From Gemmatimonadaceae bacterium (GTDB taxonomy: Bacteria; Gemmatimonadota; Gemmatimonadetes; Gemmatimonadales; Gemmatimonadaceae): DNA of 64,000 nucleotides. Made by a program: the position numbers and the translations under genes. Positions 1 through 9,528 of the stretch are shown in pieces (within the stretch, counting starts at the first letter, position 1; each line of letters starts with the position of its first letter). Location: NCBI GenBank assembly GCA_051859245.1, contig JBHYGA010000001.1, forward strand, positions 1,309,722 through 1,373,721, written 5' to 3'. Under the pieces are notes generated by a model that was not told the DNA's origin, searched no databases, and saw only the letters and a program-made list of their open reading frames with translations.

Positions 1-1647
1 GGCTCCGCGAGCGCGAGTTTGAGCGGCGTACGCGTGCAAGCGGGCTACGCGGAGCAGCAACTCGATCTCAGCGCGTCGGTGTCGGATACGGTTGGTCGCT
101 CCCTGCGCGGCGATGTGCGATTGCCCGCCGACTTGCGACTGCAGTCCGTGATCGGCGAGCGCATTTACACCGAAGAGTTGAACGGAACGATCGTCGCCGA
201 CTCGGTGCGTCTGCGTGACCTGCCGCTTCGCCTTGTGGATGTGCGCGATCTCGATGGTTTTGTCACGGGTCGCTTCACGCTCGGTGGAACCTTCGACGCA
301 CCGTCGTTTGAAGGAGGCATGAAGCTGCAGGGCGGCACGCTGTTCAGTGATGTCCTCGGAATTCGACCAACAGGTGCCAGTCTGGATTTTGTGGCCGGTG
401 GTGATTCGTTGCACGTGGCGAGCTTTCGTTTTCAGAGTGGTGCTCGCGCGTCCGATACGCTGCATCTCACGGCGACAGTGCGGCGTCCACTGCGCGACAA
501 CCCTGCAGTCACGCTGCGTGGATATCTGGATAACGTGCAGCTCGCCAATCAGCGCGATGGCACCGCGCTCGATATGGTCGGCAGCTTCCAGCTTGGCGGC
601 AACCTGCCGCGTCCCACCGTGTCGGCAAATCTCTTTGTCCCGCGTGCCACGCTCGTACTCGATCTGACCGAAGCTCGAACGGTGCTCGACCTGAATTCGC
701 CCGAGGCACGCGCATTGCTCGCTGAAGACGAACTGCCGGTGGTGCTGACAGCGGGCGATCAGTTCACCGCACTCGGCGAGTATCTGGGAGCGCGTGACGT
801 GCGCGTGCGCCTTGGCGACGAAGTGTGGGTGCGCACGCGTGAGGCCACCGTCAAGCTTGCTGGTGACGTGACGGTACTCGAAGCCGATGGCCAGCGTTTG
901 TCGCTCGACGGCGAAGTACAGGTTGAGCGTGGAACGTATCGACTTGATCTGGGTGTGGTGAATCGACCATTCGCCGTGGACAGCGGGCGTGTTCGCTTCT
1001 TCCCGCAGGATACATTGAATCCCACGCTTGATGTGCGCGCGCGCCACGTGGTGCGCGGCGTTGACGGTCGTGATGTCGCTATTGATGTGACCATCGGCGG
1101 GAACCTTGAGAAACCCACCTTGGCGCTCAGTTCACAAGACGACGCGTACGCGCAGGCACCGGAATCAGAACTCATCTCGCTGCTCGTATTCGGTGCGCCC
1201 ACCTTTGCGCTCGATCGACAGAGCCAGCAAACGGTGCGCGCGGTTACCGGTCTCATTGTGCCAACCCTGAGTGGTTTTGCCGAGGGCACGCTGCAGCGAC
1301 TGCTCCCCGTGTTCAATACCGTACAAGTGAGCTCGGCGGGTGGGCAGAGCAGTGAAGAGCTTGGGGTATTGTCACTGCTCGACAATCTCAGCGTGACGGC
1401 CGGCAAGCAGCTGGGCACGCAAACGTATCTGCGTCTCGATACGGGCGTGTGCCGCAGCGTGTCCACTGATGCAGCGCGGCGATTGAATCTCTGGTACGGT
1501 GTGGCGATCGAGTATCGCTTCAAGCCGGGACTCACAGGGCAGGTCGGTGTTGATCCCGGGCCGAGCCCGTGCAGCGGCCAAGGCGGGCTGGCGGCAAGTC
1601 GGCGCATGCAGGTGGGTTTTGATCTGTTTAAGGAGTGGGTGTTTTAG
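1..1647 (+). CDS. tamB: Translocation/assembly module TamB (DUF490) family protein, 5'-truncated by the window edge
   Basis: Frame is open from base 1. Beta-rich protein with TamB-like C-terminus (LNPTLDVRA, GGNLEKPTLALSS, SELISLLVFG, TAGKQLG) ending in DLFKEWVF. Confidence 0.8.
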   Translation, partial: GSASASLSGVRVQAGYAEQQLDLSASVSDTVGRSLRGDVRLPADLRLQSVIGERIYTEELNGTIVADSVRLRDLPLRLVDVRDLDGFVTGRFTLGGTFDAPSFEGGMKLQGGTLFSDVLGIRPTGASLDFVAGGDSLHVASFRFQSGARASDTLHLTATVRRPLRDNPAVTLRGYLDNVQLANQRDGTALDMVGSFQLGGNLPRPTVSANLFVPRATLVLDLTEARTVLDLNSPEARALLAEDELPVVLTAGDQFTALGEYLGARDVRVRLGDEVWVRTREATVKLAGDVTVLEADGQRLSLDGEVQVERGTYRLDLGVVNRPFAVDSGRVRFFPQDTLNPTLDVRARHVVRGVDGRDVAIDVTIGGNLEKPTLALSSQDDAYAQAPESELISLLVFGAPTFALDRQSQQTVRAVTGLIVPTLSGFAEGTLQRLLPVFNTVQVSSAGGQSSEELGVLSLLDNLSVTAGKQLGTQTYLRLDTGVCRSVSTDAARRLNLWYGVAIEYRFKPGLTGQVGVDPGPSPCSGQGGLAASRRMQVGFDLFKEWVF

Positions 1648-1857
1648 CGGGCATGGCGTTGGATTGTGACCCAGTACTGCTGCGCGGGCGCCACGAAATC
1701 AGCACGGCGCGAGAGGTAACATTCATCTCGCGGACCAAACGCCGTCACTAGCGCGGCGAACTGTGGGAATGCGCTCGCCTGTGGCGCGCGCCGCGAGTAT
1801 CACCATGCGAGCCCCCTCGGCGCTTGGCAGATCCGATCGCGTGTCGCCATCGCACGT

Positions 1858-1873
1858 TGGTACAGCGTTTGCA
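1858..1873 (+). promoter_or_regulatory. sigma54 (-24/-12) promoter of the PEP-CTERM gene
   Basis: TGGTAC-AGCGT-TTGCA: GG at 1859-60 and GC at 1871-72 with exactly 10 nt between, matching TGGCAC-N5-TTGCW; about 50 nt upstream of the ATG. Confidence 0.75.
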
Positions 1874-1923
1874 GCTAGAGTGTGTAATCGGCGTCACCAC
1901 TTCATCACCAGTCCAACTACCCA

Positions 1924-2616
1924 ATGAACGTTCTATCTCGTGCGATCTGCCTCGTTGCGCTGAGCAGCACCTCGGTACTCGCTCAGTCCTATGCGGGCAC
2001 GTTCACCAAAGGCAGCCCGGCGGTCATGGCCGGACTGTACAAGAACAACATTGGCGTTGGACCGTATGCGGGAACGCTGACGGCAGCGGGCGCCCCGGCG
2101 CCGGTGCAGATCGACATCACGTCGGCGAACTCAGGCTTCAGCTTCTGGTGCGTTGACGGCAAGGGTGCGTTTCAGACCGACAACTCAATCACCGTGCAGA
2201 CGATCGCGTCGCTTGGCGCCGGTGATCTGAAGACCAAGCTGGCAAAGGCCGCGTACGTGACCACGCTGTACCAGGGATTTGGCGGCACGGCCAACGCGGC
2301 GAACATCAGCAACTTCAACGCCGCGATCTGGAGCATCATGGGCTACACGCCCGCCGGACTGATCCCCGGTGATGTGACAACTGTTGGTAACTATGTGGCG
2401 GCGGCAGACGCCGGCTACGGATCGCTCGACCTCAGCAGCTTCTACTACGTGCAGTTTGACGCGGCGGGCTACGCAAAGGGCGGCGCGCAGGAACTGATCT
2501 TTCAGGGTGTTGGCGAGCCGTTTATCTCGGTGCCGGAGCCCGGCACGTTCGCGCTGCTCTCAGTCGGCCTGTTCGGTATCGCGGCCGTTCGTCGTCGTCG
2601 CGGCGCTACCGCGTAA
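1924..2616 (+). CDS. PEP-CTERM (exosortase-targeted) surface protein
   Basis: N-terminal signal peptide. C-terminal VPEP, then a hydrophobic helix (GTFALLSVGLFGIAAV), then RRRR. Confidence 0.92.
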   Translation: MNVLSRAICLVALSSTSVLAQSYAGTFTKGSPAVMAGLYKNNIGVGPYAGTLTAAGAPAPVQIDITSANSGFSFWCVDGKGAFQTDNSITVQTIASLGAGDLKTKLAKAAYVTTLYQGFGGTANAANISNFNAAIWSIMGYTPAGLIPGDVTTVGNYVAAADAGYGSLDLSSFYYVQFDAAGYAKGGAQELIFQGVGEPFISVPEPGTFALLSVGLFGIAAVRRRRGATA

Positions 2617-4068
2617 CGCCACAGCTGTCAGCAGTGCTTCAACTTGCGGCCGTCCCCTGGTTTTCAGCCAGGAGACGGCCGTTCCAGCAAGTACACCCAG
2701 CCCGCGCGCGACCGACACAATCCGATCTTCGCCCGGCACTTCGCCGAACAGCGTGCCAAGAATCTCCCGACGCATGCGAAGCACCACGGGCGACGCGACC
2801 TGAATACTGTTGAATGATGGATCGTATTTCGCACCGACGCCTTCAATGAGCGCGGCCGTGCGCGCGAAATACACGAGTTCTCCAGGCAATACAATCGGCC
2901 AGTCAAAGAGCTCGCGCATCACGCGGTCCGCGAGCACCTGCGCACGCTCGGCGGTGGTTCCGCTGTCGTAGGCAATCTCGAGCAGCGTGCGCACCAACGC
3001 TTCCATGGTTTCCACCGGGGTGCCCGGTGTCACCAGACCGAGCGCGTAGAAGCCAGAGACGGTGGCCGGCACATCGCGTCGAATCGCGGCCAGCACCGTA
3101 TTGAACAGCGCACGACGCGTGACCGTGTCGACATCAATCACCATGCCGAAGTCGAGCAATACGAGCGCGCCGTCTGGTGCAACGAGCAAGTTGCCCGGAT
3201 GCGGATCGGCGTGAAAGACACCGTCGCGCAGCATCATCCGCGCGTACGTCTCAATCAGCTGTTCCGCGAGTCGCGCTGGATCCACTTCGCCGCTGGCGAC
3301 GCGCGCGTCGAGCGCATCAACACGTGTTCCCTCAAGAAACTCCATGACCATGGCGCGTTGACGCGTGTACGCACCTTCAACGCGGGGAATGCGAAGCCGT
3401 CGGTCATCGCGGAATCGCGCACGCATGCGTTCGCACTGCGCGGCTTCACGCCGAAAGTCCATTTCTTCTTCAACGCGCTTTCGAAACTCGGTGAGCACCA
3501 CACGAACGCCATTCACGTGGTGATGCCGAAACCGCTCGTACACTTTGTCGGCCAGCCAGGATGCGATCGCCCCATCACGACGCACAACGGCTTCAACGCC
3601 CGGTCTCAACACTTTCACCACCACATCGGTGTTGTTCACGCGCGCGCGATGCACCTGGCCGAGCGATCCAGCCGCGAGCGGTGTGCGGTCTAGTTCCGTA
3701 AAGAACGTTTCGGGTGCTTCGCCGTACGCATCGACGAGCGCACGTCGGATGACCTTCCACGAGACGGGCGGCACACGATCAGTCAGCGTCGCAAGCTGAC
3801 TCAGGTATGGTTCGGGCACGAGATCGGCGCGCGCCGCAAAGATCTGCGCGAGCTTGACAAACGCCGGTCCGAGCGTCGCCACACTGTGCACCAGGTCGCG
3901 TGCCCGACGCTCGTGAAAATTGTGTGTTCGTCGCATGGGCGCACCCCACCACACCCATTGCTTGACATCGCGCCGGAAGGAAACGAGCAGCGGCAACGTG
4001 TGCCAGGAGATGCGCACAGCGCGCGCACCGAGCCGCAGGGTCTCGACTATCGATCGAGGTTCGGTCAC
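2560..4068 (-). CDS. AarF/UbiB (ABC1) family atypical kinase
   Basis: Motifs LGPAFVKLAQ, AAGSLGQVHRA, VVVKV, FHADPHPGN, LLDFG. GTG start at 4068 overlaps the SDR stop (GTGA). Confidence 0.9.
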   Translation of the reverse strand: MTEPRSIVETLRLGARAVRISWHTLPLLVSFRRDVKQWVWWGAPMRRTHNFHERRARDLVHSVATLGPAFVKLAQIFAARADLVPEPYLSQLATLTDRVPPVSWKVIRRALVDAYGEAPETFFTELDRTPLAAGSLGQVHRARVNNTDVVVKVLRPGVEAVVRRDGAIASWLADKVYERFRHHHVNGVRVVLTEFRKRVEEEMDFRREAAQCERMRARFRDDRRLRIPRVEGAYTRQRAMVMEFLEGTRVDALDARVASGEVDPARLAEQLIETYARMMLRDGVFHADPHPGNLLVAPDGALVLLDFGMVIDVDTVTRRALFNTVLAAIRRDVPATVSGFYALGLVTPGTPVETMEALVRTLLEIAYDSGTTAERAQVLADRVMRELFDWPIVLPGELVYFARTAALIEGVGAKYDPSFNSIQVASPVVLRMRREILGTLFGEVPGEDRIVSVARGLGVLAGTAVSWLKTRGRPQVEALLTAVALRGSAATTTNGRDTEQAD

Positions 4069-5018
4069 GACGCTGTCGCTCCGCCCGCCGCCGTCGCGTG
4101 CACAGCAGCGGGGTTGAGCTGCTCCAGTCCAGCAATCTCGATGGTCCGATCCCACAACAGCTCGGCCGCTCGGGCATCTCGTGCTGCGGCGGAGGGCTCA
4201 ACGCGTTCACGTTGTACCCAATACGAGCCGCTGTTCCGCGTGGCTTCCGACGACGCAAGCAACCACGCGGCCGTGTCTGAGCCCGCCATCGCCGATACCG
4301 AGAACCAGTCCATCACGCGCCGCTGCAGTCGACCAAACGCACCATTGTTGGCCGCAAAGCGCGACGCCACAAGCCCGGGGTGCAGCGCGTGCACCACGAC
4401 CGCGTTGGCGTCAACGCGCTGCGCGAGTGCGCGTGTGAACAGAATGTTTGCCAGCTTGGATTGTGCGTAGGCTGACCAACCGGAATAATCGCGCTCGCCT
4501 TGCAAGTTGTCGGCGCGAAATCGCGCGCGTACGTGGGCGCGCGAGGCCACATTCAGCAGGCGCGCCGGTTCACCGTGGTTCGCACCCGCGTTCAGGCTCG
4601 GCAGCAGGTGCAGTGCCAGCGTTACATACGCCACGTGATTGAGCGCGAATGTGCGCTCGAGCCCGTCACGGGTGAGCGCTCGCTCCAGAAAGATGGCGCC
4701 GGCATTGTTCACCAGCGCAAAGACTTGTGGATGCGCGGCGGCGAGTCGTTCGCCAAGCGCGTGTTGCTCGTCAAGGTAGAGCAAGTCCGCGATTTCCACC
4801 GAGACCGTTCGCGATCCCGTGCGGTTCATCACCACGTTCGCGGCGTGCGTCGTTTTGGCCTGGTTTCGACCAACCATCACCACACGTGCGCCGGCGCGAG
4901 CGCATCGTTCGCTCAGCGCCTTGCCAATCCCGTCGCTGGCACCGGTGATAACCACCGTGCGATCGCGAAGGGTGTGTTGCGGAAGTGGGTCGGTATCAAA
5001 AACCGGATCAGCGCGCAC
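4065..5018 (-). CDS. Short-chain dehydrogenase/reductase (retinol dehydrogenase-like)
   Basis: TGASDGIG Rossmann motif, NNAG, catalytic YAQSK, HPG. Confidence 0.92.
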   Translation of the reverse strand: MRADPVFDTDPLPQHTLRDRTVVITGASDGIGKALSERCARAGARVVMVGRNQAKTTHAANVVMNRTGSRTVSVEIADLLYLDEQHALGERLAAAHPQVFALVNNAGAIFLERALTRDGLERTFALNHVAYVTLALHLLPSLNAGANHGEPARLLNVASRAHVRARFRADNLQGERDYSGWSAYAQSKLANILFTRALAQRVDANAVVVHALHPGLVASRFAANNGAFGRLQRRVMDWFSVSAMAGSDTAAWLLASSEATRNSGSYWVQRERVEPSAAARDARAAELLWDRTIEIAGLEQLNPAAVHATAAGGATAS

Positions 5019-5172
5019 AGTGTGGGCAAATGGGAAGCAGTACGAACCGCACGTTGCGGTCGCGCCATTGAACTACTACCCCAATGCGCCGGTCACGTCA
5101 CCGGGTCCCGACAATCTTCAGCCTGCCCCCGGCGTGCGCGCCCGGGCGACTGATTGTCGACCGCTCGGCGCG

Positions 5173-5871
5173 TCAGGTGCCGGTGGCACTCAGAATAATC
5201 GGCGCCAGATTGAGCGCGGCCGCCTGAATATTCTGCAGCCCTTGCTGCGTGCCGAGCGTCCATCGCACGGTGATTTCGCCATTGGCGTTCGTCACCGCCG
5301 TGGATGGGTTGATGGCACCACCGCCAGCAGTCACCGAGAGCGACACCGAAACGCCAGGAATCGGCGTGCTGTTGGAACCGATAATGCGAAGTACGATCTG
5401 CGTGGGAAGCGCGGTGCCGGCCTTGGCGGTCTGGTTGTTGCCCTGCGCCACGAACAGGTCCGTGGGCAGGATCCCCGTGGCGGAGATGGTGATGCCGTCC
5501 ACGCCCGGAACGCTGGCCAGCAACTCATGAATGTTCTGATTCGGCCCGAGCGTCCACTTGGTTTTCACTTCGCCGTTGGCGTCACTCATGCCGGTAGCGG
5601 GCTCTACGGTGCCGCCGCCGCGCTGCACTGAAAAACCGACCGGCACAGAGGTTACCGGGGAGCCGTCATCGCTTCGTACGCGAACCACAATCGGCGTTGG
5701 CAGCACGGTACCCGCCGCCGCACTCTGGAGGTTTCCCTGGACCACTTGCAGCTCCGACGCGGTGGCCGGCGCGGCGACTTTCTCGCACCCTGAGATTGCG
5801 GGGACGATCAGCACAGCGGCCCACGTTAAAACGAGGCGGGGCAGACGGGTGCGGAGGGAGACGAGCGACAT
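5173..5871 (-). CDS. Lipoprotein with two tandem bacterial Ig-like (Big_1/invasin-type) domains
   Basis: Signal peptide with ISGC lipobox. Two internal repeats (QGNLQSAAAGTVLP...WTLG and QGNNQTAKAGTALP...WTLG). Confidence 0.75.
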   Translation of the reverse strand: MSLVSLRTRLPRLVLTWAAVLIVPAISGCEKVAAPATASELQVVQGNLQSAAAGTVLPTPIVVRVRSDDGSPVTSVPVGFSVQRGGGTVEPATGMSDANGEVKTKWTLGPNQNIHELLASVPGVDGITISATGILPTDLFVAQGNNQTAKAGTALPTQIVLRIIGSNSTPIPGVSVSLSVTAGGGAINPSTAVTNANGEITVRWTLGTQQGLQNIQAAALNLAPIILSATGT

Positions 5872-6002
5872 GCAAAACACTCCAGGTGGGGACATACAGA
5901 CACGGGACGACTGGAGGTCTCGGCAGCAAGCGGGCCCGAGTTGAGCGGAATATGGCCGGGACGGGGGCGGCAGAAACGACGCCGAGCGGATAGCTTGTGG
6001 AG

Positions 6003-7058
6003 ATGACGTCCGCCAGCCGGCCCTCCGCGGCCACTTCAGTTCGTCCGGTCGCGTTGCACACCGCCGACGCCACGCCGAAAGCACCGCGCATTCCATCGTT
6101 TTCCGAGCATCCGATCCGGAATCCGGGTACGGAGCTGGATCTCGATGTGGTCGCCGCCACGCACGTCAATCGCAGTGCGGCGGAGCGGCGCGCGGCCACA
6201 TTACCGGCGCGTCGTACGGTAAAAAAAGAATGGCAGGCCGCGTGGTTGTTGCGCGCGATCAGTTGCATGGATCTGACCACGTTGTCCGGTGACGATACAT
6301 CGGGCAACGTGCACAGACTGTGCGCCAAAGCGCGTCGACCCGTGCGCGACGATTTGCTCGAGGCGCTCGGCGTAGCCGATCTGGGCCTCACCGTGGGGGC
6401 CGTTTGCGTGTATCACCGCTACGTGTCTGATGCGGTGCGCGCGCTCGCCGGCAGCGGTATTCCCGTGGCGGCGGTGTCCACCGGATTTCCTGCCGGTCTG
6501 TCGCCGCTGGCGCAGCGCGTTGCGGAAATCCGCGCCTCGGTTGACGCCGGTGCACAGGAAATCGACGTGGTCATTACCCGCGCGCACGTGCTGCGCAGCG
6601 AGTGGCATGCGCTGTACGATGAAGTGCGCACCTTTCGCGAGGCCTGCGGCGACGCACACATGAAGACAATTCTCGGTGTCGGTGAACTGGCCACACTCAC
6701 GAACATTGCGCGTGCCAGTCAGGTCGCCATGATGGCCGGCTCGGATGTGATCAAAACGTCAACCGGCAAAGAGCCAACGAACGCCACGCTGCCGGTTGGT
6801 CTCGTGATGGTGCGACAGATCCGCGACTATTTGCAGCGCACCGGACATGTTGTGGGATTCAAGCCCGCCGGTGGTATTCGTACGGCCAAACAGTCGCTCG
6901 ATTGGCTGGCGCTGGTAAAAGAAGAGCTTGGTGATCGCTGGCTGCGTCCCGACCTGTTCCGTTTCGGTGCGAGTGGGTTGCTCACCGATATTGAACGTCA
7001 GCTCGAACATTTTGTCACGGGCCGCTACTCTGCGGCTCATCGACATCCGATGGTATAA
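6003..7058 (+). CDS. deoC: Deoxyribose-phosphate aldolase (long DERA type)
   Basis: DLTTL, AVSTGFP, EIDVVI, IKTSTGK, GFKPAGGI, RFGASGLL. ATG at 6003 chosen because it sits 6 nt after TAGCTT. Confidence 0.95.
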   Translation: MTSASRPSAATSVRPVALHTADATPKAPRIPSFSEHPIRNPGTELDLDVVAATHVNRSAAERRAATLPARRTVKKEWQAAWLLRAISCMDLTTLSGDDTSGNVHRLCAKARRPVRDDLLEALGVADLGLTVGAVCVYHRYVSDAVRALAGSGIPVAAVSTGFPAGLSPLAQRVAEIRASVDAGAQEIDVVITRAHVLRSEWHALYDEVRTFREACGDAHMKTILGVGELATLTNIARASQVAMMAGSDVIKTSTGKEPTNATLPVGLVMVRQIRDYLQRTGHVVGFKPAGGIRTAKQSLDWLALVKEELGDRWLRPDLFRFGASGLLTDIERQLEHFVTGRYSAAHRHPMV

Positions 7059-7064
7059 GCCGTC

Positions 7065-9488
7065 ATGACGTCTACCTTGCCTCCAGCGAAGCCCTCGGTG
7101 CGCGCGCTGTTCGAATCCATGGAGTACGGTCCCGCGCCTGAAAGTGACGCCACAGTTCGCGCGTGGCTGTCTGCTCACGGTGCGCGCTTTGACCATTTCA
7201 TTAATGGACAGTTCGTTGCCCCCGCCGATGGTACGCACTTTGACGTGATGGACCCGTCAAACGGCAAGCTGCTCGCCAAAGTGGCGCAGGGTTCAGCGAC
7301 CGATGTGGATGCCGCGGTGCAGGCCGCGCGCGACGCGCTCTCCGCGTGGAAAGCGCTGAGCGGACACGCGCGTGCTCGGCATTTGTACGCGCTCGCACGC
7401 GCTGTGCAACGACACGCGCGTGCGCTCGCCGTGCTGGAGTGCCTGGACAACGGCAAGCCAATTCGTGAAACGCGTGATCTCGATATTCCACTCGTGGTGC
7501 GCCACTTCTATCATCACGCTGGCTGGGCGCAACTATTTGATCACGAATTTTCGGGGTACGCGCCGATCGGTGTGATTGGTCAGATCATCCCGTGGAATTT
7601 TCCGCTGCTGATGCTGGCGTGGAAGGTGGCACCGGCGCTGGCGGCTGGTAACACCGTGGTGCTGAAGCCGGCTGAATACACGCCGCTCTCCGCGTTGCTG
7701 TTCGCGGAAATTGTTCGCGATGCGGGCCTGCCGCCCGGTGTGTTCAACCTGGTGACTGGTGATGGTGCGACTGGTGCGGCGCTCGTTGAACACGATGGCG
7801 TCGACAAGATCGCGTTCACGGGGTCCACCGAGGTGGGTCGACGTATTCGCACGGTCACCGCGGGCACTGGCAAATCCTTGTCGCTGGAGTTGGGCGGCAA
7901 GAGTCCGTTTCTGGTATTTGCCGATGCGGATCTTGATAGTGTTGTGGAAGGTGTGGTGGACGCGATCTGGTTCAACCAGGGACAAGTGTGTTGCGCAGGC
8001 TCGCGGCTGCTGGTGCAGGAGGGCATTGCCGAGCGTCTTACGGAGAAGCTGAAAGCGCGCATGGAACAGCTGCGAGTTGGCGCGCCGCTCGACAAGTCGG
8101 TCGACATGGGTGCGATCGTCGCGCCGGTGCAACTCTCGCGCATTCGTGAGCTGGTGGCGCAAGGGGTGGCCGAAGGCGCGTCGTGCTGGCAGCCCACGTG
8201 GGCCGAGCCCGCCGAAGGGTGGTTTTACCCGCCCACACTGTTCACGAATGTTGAACCGTCTGCCACGATCGCGCAGGTGGAGATTTTTGGCCCGGTGCTT
8301 GTGACGCACACGTTTCGCACGCCGGATGAGGCGGTGCAGCTCGCGAACAACACGCCGTACGGACTCGCCGCGAGTGTGTGGAGCGATGATATCAATCTCG
8401 CGCTCGACATTGCGCCGCGTTTACGCTGCGGCGTGGTGTGGGTGAACTGCACGAACGCGTTTGACGCGAGTGCGGGCTTTGGTGGCTATCGCGAATCGGG
8501 CTATGGTCGCGAAGGCGGACGCGAGGGCATGTGGGAGTACGTCAAGCCGATTCGCGAACTCACCGCCGGCGATGCAACCAGGAAGCCGACGTCAGTCTCT
8601 GATGCAATCACCGCCGACTATCCGGTAGAGCGCGCCTCGCTGCCGGCACTCGACCGTACGCCGAAGTTGTACATTGGCGGCCAGCAAGCACGTCCCGATT
8701 CCGGGTACAGTCTGCCGGTGCGCGCCGCGTCAGGTCAGCTGCTGGGCGAAGTTGGTGATGGCAACCGCAAGGATATTCGAAACGCTGTTGAAGCCGCGCA
8801 TGCGGCATCGGCGTGGGCGAAACGTCCAGGCCACGCACGCGCGCAGGTGTTGTATTACATCGCCGAAAATCTTTCCGCGCGCGCGCGTGAGTTCGCGTCG
8901 CGCATTGCCGAGAGTACCGGCGTTTCGTTCGCCGCGGGCGAGCGTGAGGTTGAGCTGTCGATCTCACGCTTGTTCACATACGCCGCGTGGTCAGACAAGC
9001 ATGACGGCGCGGTACATGATGTTCCCATGCGCGCCGTTTCGCTCGCGATGCACGAACCGCTCGGCGTGGTTGGCGTGATCTGTCCACCTGCGCATCCGCT
9101 GCTCGGGTTTGTCTCGCTCGTGGCGCCGCTCGTGGCTACGGGCAACACAGTGGTCGCCGTGCCGTCCGACACCGCACCGCTCGTGATCACGGATTTTTAT
9201 GGCGTGCTCGATACGTCTGATCTGCCCGGTGGTGTGATCAACATCGTCACGGGCCAATCTGAGGCGCTCGCGAAGGTGCTTGCGGATCACGACAACGTGG
9301 ATGCGTTGTGGTATTGCGGCAGCCACACGGGCGCCACGGCGGTAGAACGCGCATCGGTGGGCAACCTCAAGCAAACCTGGACCGACTGGACGCCACGTGA
9401 CTGGACAGATGTGCGTGTTGGTGAAGGACGTGAGTTCCTTCGACGCGCAACGCAGGTGAAAAATATCTGGATTCCCTATGGGGCCTGA
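7065..9488 (+). CDS. Aldehyde dehydrogenase with an extra C-terminal ALDH-like domain (ALDH16 type)
   Basis: PWNFP, FTGST, LELGGK, GQVCCAGS, EIFGPV, followed by a second degenerate ALDH domain; 807 aa. Confidence 0.9.
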   Translation: MTSTLPPAKPSVRALFESMEYGPAPESDATVRAWLSAHGARFDHFINGQFVAPADGTHFDVMDPSNGKLLAKVAQGSATDVDAAVQAARDALSAWKALSGHARARHLYALARAVQRHARALAVLECLDNGKPIRETRDLDIPLVVRHFYHHAGWAQLFDHEFSGYAPIGVIGQIIPWNFPLLMLAWKVAPALAAGNTVVLKPAEYTPLSALLFAEIVRDAGLPPGVFNLVTGDGATGAALVEHDGVDKIAFTGSTEVGRRIRTVTAGTGKSLSLELGGKSPFLVFADADLDSVVEGVVDAIWFNQGQVCCAGSRLLVQEGIAERLTEKLKARMEQLRVGAPLDKSVDMGAIVAPVQLSRIRELVAQGVAEGASCWQPTWAEPAEGWFYPPTLFTNVEPSATIAQVEIFGPVLVTHTFRTPDEAVQLANNTPYGLAASVWSDDINLALDIAPRLRCGVVWVNCTNAFDASAGFGGYRESGYGREGGREGMWEYVKPIRELTAGDATRKPTSVSDAITADYPVERASLPALDRTPKLYIGGQQARPDSGYSLPVRAASGQLLGEVGDGNRKDIRNAVEAAHAASAWAKRPGHARAQVLYYIAENLSARAREFASRIAESTGVSFAAGEREVELSISRLFTYAAWSDKHDGAVHDVPMRAVSLAMHEPLGVVGVICPPAHPLLGFVSLVAPLVATGNTVVAVPSDTAPLVITDFYGVLDTSDLPGGVINIVTGQSEALAKVLADHDNVDALWYCGSHTGATAVERASVGNLKQTWTDWTPRDWTDVRVGEGREFLRRATQVKNIWIPYGA

Positions 9489-9528
9489 TGCCCCGCGCTT
9501 TTCTCCTTCCTTGAGTCTCCCTTCCTCA

